Made by a program: the position numbers and the translations under genes. Source: an uncultured Bacteroidales bacterium (GTDB lineage: Bacteria; Bacteroidota; Bacteroidia; Bacteroidales; ML635J-15). Taken from it: a stretch of DNA of 64,000 bases. The notes under the pieces were generated by a model. That model made no database searches. It was not told the origin of the DNA and saw nothing but the letters and a program-made list of their open reading frames with translations. The stretch spans positions 26,405-90,404 of the forward strand of contig CAJOIT010000002.1 in the NCBI GenBank assembly GCA_905234755.1. Direction: 5' to 3'. Shown in pieces: positions 36,601 to 45,600 of the stretch. How positions within the stretch are numbered: position 1 is the first letter of the stretch; the number at the start of each line of letters is the position of its first letter.

Positions 36601-39600
36601 CATATTCATAGAAATATATGTCATCGGCAGACGGATTCGGGCAGTAGTTTTCGTCAAGGCCAACGCTTACAGTCCAAGTCTTTGATGTTACACCATCCTC
36701 GGCAGTAACTATATATTCTACGGGTACTGAGAAATTACGCTGCACACCGGACTGCACATTGACAGTAGCATTCTCCGAAATTGTGAAGGTCGGAGTAAAA
36801 TACATACTGTTAGACACGCTAGCAACATAAACCGATATGGTAGCATTTTCCGAATCTATAACCGATTCTGCAGTCTGTTCCGGAACTTCGAAGGTAAGAA
36901 TTTCCGCTTCACTACTCATAGGTCTCAACAAGATATTGTCGATTGAACATTCGCGGTAGCCGCTCAATACAAAGTCGAAACGAGCCTCGCCCACATACTG
37001 CGGAACATTTATCGACATCCTAGTCATTCCGTTGCTTGACGCATTCTGTATAGCAATAGACCTTAACGTATCGGTTCTATAATTGTTTACATACAAGACA
37101 AACAGCGAATCGGGACGAGTAATATTTTGTGTTGACTGCAATACATCAAATTCGAGCGAATAGTGTACATCGGCGGTCAAATTGAATCGCGGTGACAGCA
37201 AATGAGCTTCGACCTGCGAATTTCCGTATGCCAAATGAGCCACTCCATCGCTTACCGACCAAGTATTACGTCTGTTGCTTGTAGTTCTCCAGCAATCGGG
37301 AAGTTCGCCATTGGCGACTTCGAAATCCTGTGTATATGGCAAATCAACTATCTGGCAATCGGTTGTTGCCTCAACAGTTGCACTGTACCAGTCGCTTTCT
37401 ACACCTGCAACGCAAACGCCTTGGATTTCTGCAGAAATATTGTAGCTGACACCCGACTGAAGTCCACCGATTGTCAAACGCGGTTCGTCAACAGTAGCTT
37501 GAACGGCAGCACCGCCGTCGATTGAATACCTCACAAGCCAAGTTCCATTTATGGCATTTATATCCGACCATGCCAATACAACACTCTCTTCTCCAACCGA
37601 CTCGACAATCAAATTGCGTGGAGCAATACAATCGACAGCCTGGTCGATTGTCAGATTGTCGACATAAACGCCACCTGCATTGTTTGCCTTTCCGACAAGT
37701 ATCACATAATTGATTCCGACACCCGTTCTTGCATTAAATGTGTAGGTGTACCATCCTGCCGACAATTCTTCGCCGACTTCATCGCCATCCGACACAAGAT
37801 AGTTCTTCGAGATATAGCCGAGTTTCTGCGGATTGCCGTTTACGATGTCAGGATAACTATTAACCCATACCTCCACGCCTTCGTCGGCTGCAGAAGCGGA
37901 ATTTGTCGAGCGGTAAACATCAAGACTTATGGAGTATCCGTTGATTGTTTCGGCAAACTTGATTGCCGTAGATGCCAAATTGTGTACCGAACCAGCCCTC
38001 GTATCGGCAAGCAAAGCCTTTGGAGTAGAGTTGTCGCCTACAACAGCCGAAGCACTCATCCATGCTCCGTTAATATAGCTTACGCCCGTTCCAGTACCGG
38101 CAGCTGTCCTTTCTTGCGACCAGCATACCGGAGGGAATACATCCGAATTAAAATCTTCGATGTACGGGAAATTCCTTACAATTATACAAGGTGTGGTAAA
38201 CTCTATTTCAGCATAGACTGAATTTTCGTTGTCGCACAAAGTGCGTACCCTAACATTGTATGTTGTAGAAAGCTGAAGATCTGTCAAGGTAACAGTTGTT
38301 TCATCAACGGTAAATGTAGTGTATTCAGAATCCGATTCCTTCTTGTAGCCGACTTCCCATTGCGTCATATTGAAGCCCAACCACGACAAGGTTGCTTCAT
38401 CGTCATATATATTCGAAGCCGTCAAACCTTCCGGATACTGGCATGCTGCAATCGTTGATGTAGAAAGTAATGACCATTCGCTGTTGCCATTTTCGCCTGT
38501 ACAGTTTGCACGGACATAAATATCGTATGGCGTTGATTCTGGAAGTCCAGTAATTTCGTAGTGAGTATCGGTAAGGCTAACCTCTGTGCCTTCGGTATCC
38601 AAATCGAAGCCCTGATTTCCATACTTCAAAGTCCAGTTGTCACCCACATTGTCTGACGACCATGTAACATCGAGTTCATTTTGCAAACGAACTGCGTCCA
38701 AATCGTTAACAACATAACAATGTGGCAATGCATATATCTGAATTTCATACGAAACATCAGCACCATCACTATCAATAATTACGTATGTAGAACCTGCAAG
38801 ACAATCGACAGAGAACGATGCATTGGTCTCATTTGTCTTTGAGTCAACCATATACGAATACAATGAACCGCAATTATTCATTACGAATACATTGAAAACT
38901 CCGCTGAACGAATGCGCATCAATAACAAGCATCTTCCTTGCCTGCAAGTCAATCCTATATACCGCATCGTTGCCCGGAAGTTCAAATCCAAACTCAGGCC
39001 TATCGGTGTAATAAGTGTTTATCATATTGTACAATCCCTCGGTTGTAGCAGAATTGAAATACGGCAAATCGTTTTCGGCATCAACCACATACGGATTTGA
39101 ACAATCGGCACCAAGAGGAGAATCAATGTATGTAACATTTATGATCCAGTCCTTTGTATCCACTCCATTTTCAGCAGTAACTGTAAATACTCGCGGATTC
39201 GTGAAGTCGTAAGCCCTGCCCTCGATCTGATTTATGCTTGCCAAAGGCGAAATTTCTATTGTAGGTACAATAGATGTAATGTCGTACATGCGGCTAAGTG
39301 TTGCATTGACGGTTGCATTATCGTGATCAATTGTAACATCGAACAAACCGTCCGTCCAGAACGATAGGATTTCTACATCGGCAACAGCATCCCGCCTTGA
39401 AACCATTACAGTCCATTCCTGGGAAATTCCCGATTCAGCCGTAACCGTATATACAAATGGATATGAAAGGTTTACAGCCTCTCCGCTTTGCGGACTTATT
39501 GTTGCAAGATCAGAAATCTCTATTTGCGGAGTTACACCTCTCAAGTTCCACGAATACGGAACATCGCAGGTAATTATATGATTTTCGGTGTCAATATGCA

Positions 39601-42600
39601 CATTGTCTGCACCATCGAATGCAAACGAAAGAATATCGTTTTCATCGGACAGACGTACAATCGAGATATTATCGACAGCAGCAGGGAAAGGTGATGAATA
39701 ATAATTGTTAAACCATTCAAACACAACAAAATAGTTACCACTTTCCAACGAATATACATTACCTGAGAATCTTTCCCATGTAGACGAAGCAGAATTAACA
39801 AAAGATCCTACATATATCCAATTATCATAGTCATATACAAGTTCAAACGGAGAATTTGACTCATAAGGTACAAGGTACACACCCATTCCATTATATATTT
39901 CGGTCGTACCATAATAACTATATTCCACACCATCACACAGCCAGTCGAAAGAAACATTAATGCCACCTGGAGAATCCATATTAATAGCAAAATAAGCGTC
40001 CGAATAACTAGATCCGCTATTATTAAAACCGTATGTAGCTCCTCTGTCATTTGAAACATACATCGCCCTTTCACCATCGCGCGAAACAGCCGTACCAAAA
40101 TACCATCCGTTAGATTCATTATCTCTGCGCCATCCCTGAATATAATCAGATTCAAAATCCTGATAATATGGCAACGACATGATATTAATATCTGGCGTTT
40201 CAAAATATAAATGCGTCCATGAACTATGCTCGTAATCGCTACAGCCAGGAGAAATATAAATGTGGTACCCCTGTCCCGGTTCAGGCAAATCCAAATTATA
40301 ATCAAGCGAAGTTGAAGTTATATAATACGATTCGGCATTAATCTCATCATCAGACATTTCTGTAAATGACGGATACAAAAGATAACTGCTGTAAGAATAC
40401 GGGGAGAACCATGAAATATATGCATTATCCTGCAAGACATCGGCTGTAAGTCCATATACCGGCTCGCAAGGTGGCAAGGTAGAGAACCTTACAGCTCTCG
40501 ACCATGGACTTTGTTCCGATTCGGAGCAATAGGTGCGTACAAATACATAGTAGTTGCCATTTGGATAATCTGGATTTTCATCAAGGTTTTCGGCTACATA
40601 CGACATCGTAGAAACCAACACCGGACTTTCGGTAGCCTCATCGGGATTGTCTGACATAGTTACCAGCACCTGCCACTGCGAACCTGTAGCCGATGTCCAC
40701 GAAATGTCAGCGGAATTGCGAGTGATGTTATCCACACTAACATTACCCTCGAACATACAGTACGAAACATATTCAACGCTTATATTATCGATTGCACCCG
40801 GCGGATCGTCACGTTCACGATTATTATCAGACCAGAAGAATACCAAATAATAGTCACCAGGTTCCATTATATTATGTTCCTTGGAGTTGGTATGCCAGTT
40901 CCATCCATCGCTAACTGAATATTCAGACAAAGCGTTAATATCCAACGCATTTATCCATCCATTAGGTGATGACAAACTATTACTCATTCCGTTTGCATTT
41001 CCCGCGTTTAACGACGGATTCAAACCAACAGGAATAAGGAATGGCCTTACGCTATGATGATAATACCAGCCCACACATTTCCAGTCCAACTTAACCCTAA
41101 CTACTCCTTGCCGATCGAATCTCAGGCGACAATACGCATACGAATAATCCGTTGTGTTTGTCCAACAATATGAATTATTAGCACCACCATCCATGGATAC
41201 ATACATTGACCAGTCGCTATTGTTTCCTGTTGCTGTACCCAGATACCATCCGACTGTATTGTTACTGGTCACCCAGTTTTCAACCACTCCATCCTCGAAA
41301 TCCTCATAGTATGGCAATGGCAAGGCTTCAGTTTCAGGCGTTGTAAATGTAGTGTGTACCCAGTCGCTTATTTCGTTGTCGCCACAATCAACTGTAACAT
41401 AAATGTGATATGTGTGTCCCGGCGTTAACGAATTATCCGTATATGTTGTCGCTCTTTGTTCTAAATACTCGGCAGAAGCAAGTTCTACATCTGTTAGTTC
41501 AGTTTCCGATTTTACTATACGGTAATTGGTAACATCATACGGATGCCTCCATGAGAGGTCAACGGAACTAGGCCTTACAAAAGCCTTAAGTTCGTATATC
41601 GGCTCGCAAGGCGGCAAGGTGGTGAAAGAAACACCGCCTACCCACGAACTTTGTTCCGATTCGGAACAATATGTACGAACAAATGCCTTATAACGTGTAT
41701 TGGGGTTAAGTCCACCAACATTGGGAGTCAGGCTATTTACAAGCACTGGTGTTTCTGTAGCCTCTTCGGCATTATCTGCTGTCGTTACCAATACCTGCCA
41801 TTGCGTAGCAGCGCCATCATAATCATACGATAGCGCTACCGAATTCTTGCCCACCAAGGTAACTGCTATATTTTCAGGGAACAAACAAGTAGACGCGACT
41901 TCAACACTTATGTTGTCAACTGCAGCTGGAGGCATTGTACCAACACCACCATCATTCTTCCAGAAGAATACCAAATAATACTCTCCGGATTCACGCAGTG
42001 CAACTTCGCTTGACGACCTCTGCCACGATGAATTCCTTCTTAATAATTCTGAAGCTTCAATCCAACCTTCAGGCGCCGTATTTGTGCTGGAAGTCATACC
42101 ATTGGCTTCTCCTGCCACAAGTACTGGATTTACAGATGCTGGAATCATATATGCATGAAGCAAATCATAACTACTTTCACCGTAACACCACCAATCGAAC
42201 GAAACATTCACCACTAAAGGATAATCGGCACGCAAACGACAATATGCATAAGAATACGATGTATTATTAGTTGTATAAGTATTTGTCTCTCCATAATCAG
42301 ACGAAATATACAGTGATTTATCTCCAGTATTTGCTACTGCATTACCTTCATACCAGCCATTTGAATCATTGTTAAGATGCCAGTTCTGCAACACATCGGA
42401 CTCGAAGTCCTGATAGTATGGCAAAGGCATTACCTCATCGGACTCTGTTGTAAACTGGAAATACGTCCAGTCGCCAAAACCATCGTTGCAGTCGGCACTT
42501 ATATAAAAGTAGTATGTCTGGTTAGGCGTAAGACCATCTGCATAATACGACATTACTGCACTTGTATTAACAGTAACATATTCTTCCGAACCTAAAGCTT

Positions 42601-45600
42601 CAAGTTGACTTTCTGTCATTGTTGTAGGCGAAACATACACATGGAAGTTATTTGTATATGGATGATCCCAAACAATTCTAGCCGATGTAGCAGACAGAAC
42701 ACTCAAATGAATATCGGTTGAGCCTACACATGGTGGCCATGTAGTAAATTCTACCCCTTCCGACCACGGACTTTGATGCTCTGCAGAACAATACGCACGC
42801 ACATACACATAATACTGGGTGTTCATTTCCAACCCGCCTACCGTTGCAGAAGTAGTATTTACACTAATGGGCGATTCTGTTGCTAACGCGGGCTCGTTCG
42901 ATGCGCTTACAAGCACCTCCCATTGCGATACCCCTTCGACATCTGTCCACGAAAATTCCACAGAAGTCCTGTCGTAATCATTAACGGCAACATTCACTAC
43001 AGGCAAGCAATACGGCAATGTCGCAAACTCCGATTCATACCATAATCCCAGATTCGTTGCCGAGCAGTATCCACGAAGATATACATGATAATCTGTTTCG
43101 GGAATAAGATCGTTAAGCGTATATGATGTATTTTCAACTAATATTGGCATTTCAGTTGCTTCGTCAGGATCGCTGGCTGTTGTTACCAATAACTGCCATT
43201 GCGAAACATACTCGCCATCCGGCCACGAGAAAGTAGCAGAAGTCTTGCCTATATCCGAAACATTTATATTTCCGCTATACAAGCATGACAGCGGGGAAGT
43301 GACATGCAGATTGTCAATTGCCGCCGGCGGCTGATATCCGTAACCACCATCATTTTTCCAATAGAATGCCAAATAATACTTTTCTTCTGTCAGAGTAAAC
43401 TGCTCTGACACAGTTGACCAATTACTATTACCAACCAAACCACCACTAACACTTATCCAACCGCTTGGTACACTGCCGTTATATATATACTCAGTGAATG
43501 TAGGCTCCAATGAAACAGGGATAAGGAATACATTTAAATAATCATCAATATAATAATAGTAACTCTGATAATAATCTCCGTTACATTTCCAGTCGAACGA
43601 CACATTTACAATACTCGGCGTACCGATATTCAGACAACAAAATGCATAAGATTCCGATGTGGAACCAAGATCGTAATGATTAGAGCCACCGTTATTATCG
43701 GATATATACAACGAATAAGAACCTCCGCTAGACGTTCCGGAACCGACATACCAGCCGTTTATACCGTTCCTCATAACCCAATTTTCTACAGCACCTGACT
43801 CAAAGTTTTCATGATATGGCAAATTTTTAGCTTCCAACGGAAGGTAAAACTCTGCGCTTACCCAGTCGCTATACTCTGTCTGTCCACAATATGAACGTAC
43901 ATACACATAATAGCGGGTCATAACAGGAAGATTGGAAACCGTATAGCTGGTATTGCTGAGAGTCACAAGGCTGGCTTCTTCCAAATCGCTATCACTCATT
44001 TCCTCTTCCGAAATATACAACTGGTATGATGTCGACAATGTACCGCCTGTCCATGTTATTGTTGCTCGTGTCGGAGTTGTCGCCACAGAAAGGTTTGCAA
44101 CCTTACAATCGGGGGTATCAAATTCTACAGCACTGCTCCATTCGCCGTAATTATATTCGGAACAGCCACTACGTATATATGCATAATAATGAGTATCAGG
44201 AGTAAGACCTGTTATTGTCTGTGTCGTCGATGTCATTACAACTGGCGATTCGGTTGCCGCCTCGGGATCCGAAGATGTAGTCAGCAATACCTGATAACCT
44301 AAACCACTACCGGACGTGCCTGTAATTTCTACAGAACTACTTCCCAGTACGTTTGCACTCAACGAAGCTGTAGCCGTACAAGGTTCTGCAATCTCTATGT
44401 CATCCACAGCAGCAGGTGGTGAATAAGTGCCGGAACCATCGTTCTTCCAGAAAAATACCCAATAGTAGTCTCCTGCAGTGCTAATGTCAATAGTCCTACT
44501 GCTAATCTGCCAATCTGAGTGTAAAGAAAGCTGTCCTTCAGGATTAGCCACATCAATCCATCGGGAAGGCGTCGAATTGCTAGAACCACTCTGATTATTA
44601 GAATAGCCCCCATTAAGTACCGGATTTACACTTGTAGGAATCAAAAATGCTCGTAGTAAATCCCACCTTGATTCTCCATTGCATTTCCACTTGAACGACA
44701 ACAAATAACTGCCGGCATTGGCGAAATTGATTAAACGCCATGCATATACATACGAAACATCTCCCGTATAATAGTTTGCTGAATTGTTGTATGTAATATA
44801 AAGAGAATTGGACGGACTGACACTTGTATAACTGCCGATAATCCAGCAATTTACCTGGCCATCATTTGCCAATGTCCACTTTTCATTTTCAGTACTATTT
44901 TCAAAATCGCAGGTATATGGAATAGTAGCTGGAGGCACTCTAGGAATAAACTCAATAGCACTACTCCATTCGCCATGAGTTGATTCGGTGCAATAAGCCC
45001 TGATATAAGCATAATAGTGTGCTAATGGTGTCAGACCAGTAATTTCCTGCGTGTCAGAAGTCATCAGAATGGGTGATTCTGTTGCAGTAGCAGGATTTGA
45101 CGAAGTTGAAACCAAAATTTCGTACTTCACGCCATTACCTGATACGCGCGTCAGCAATGCACTACTAGGACTTAGAACATTAACGCTTAATTCGCCCGTA
45201 GCACCACATGAAGTAACAAATCCTACAGCACTGCTCCATGGTCCATACATATCCTGGGTACAATAACTGCGTATGTATGCATAATACTGAGTTTCTGGAG
45301 TAAGACCTGTTATTGTCTGCGTTGTCGATGTCATAGCAACTGGCGATTCGGTTGCCGTAGCAGGGTTCGACGAGGTTGAAACCAATACGTCATACTTTAC
45401 GCCATCACCAGACGCACGCGTCAATGATACCGATGTTGAACTCTGGACATTAGCAGTTAAAGTAGCGGTCTTATCACATGTAGTAACAAAGCTTACCGCA
45501 CTGCTCCATGGTCCATACATATCTTGGGTACAATAACTGCGTATGTATGCATAATACTGAGTGGCTGGTGTAAGACCGCTTACCGTTTGCGTTGTCGATG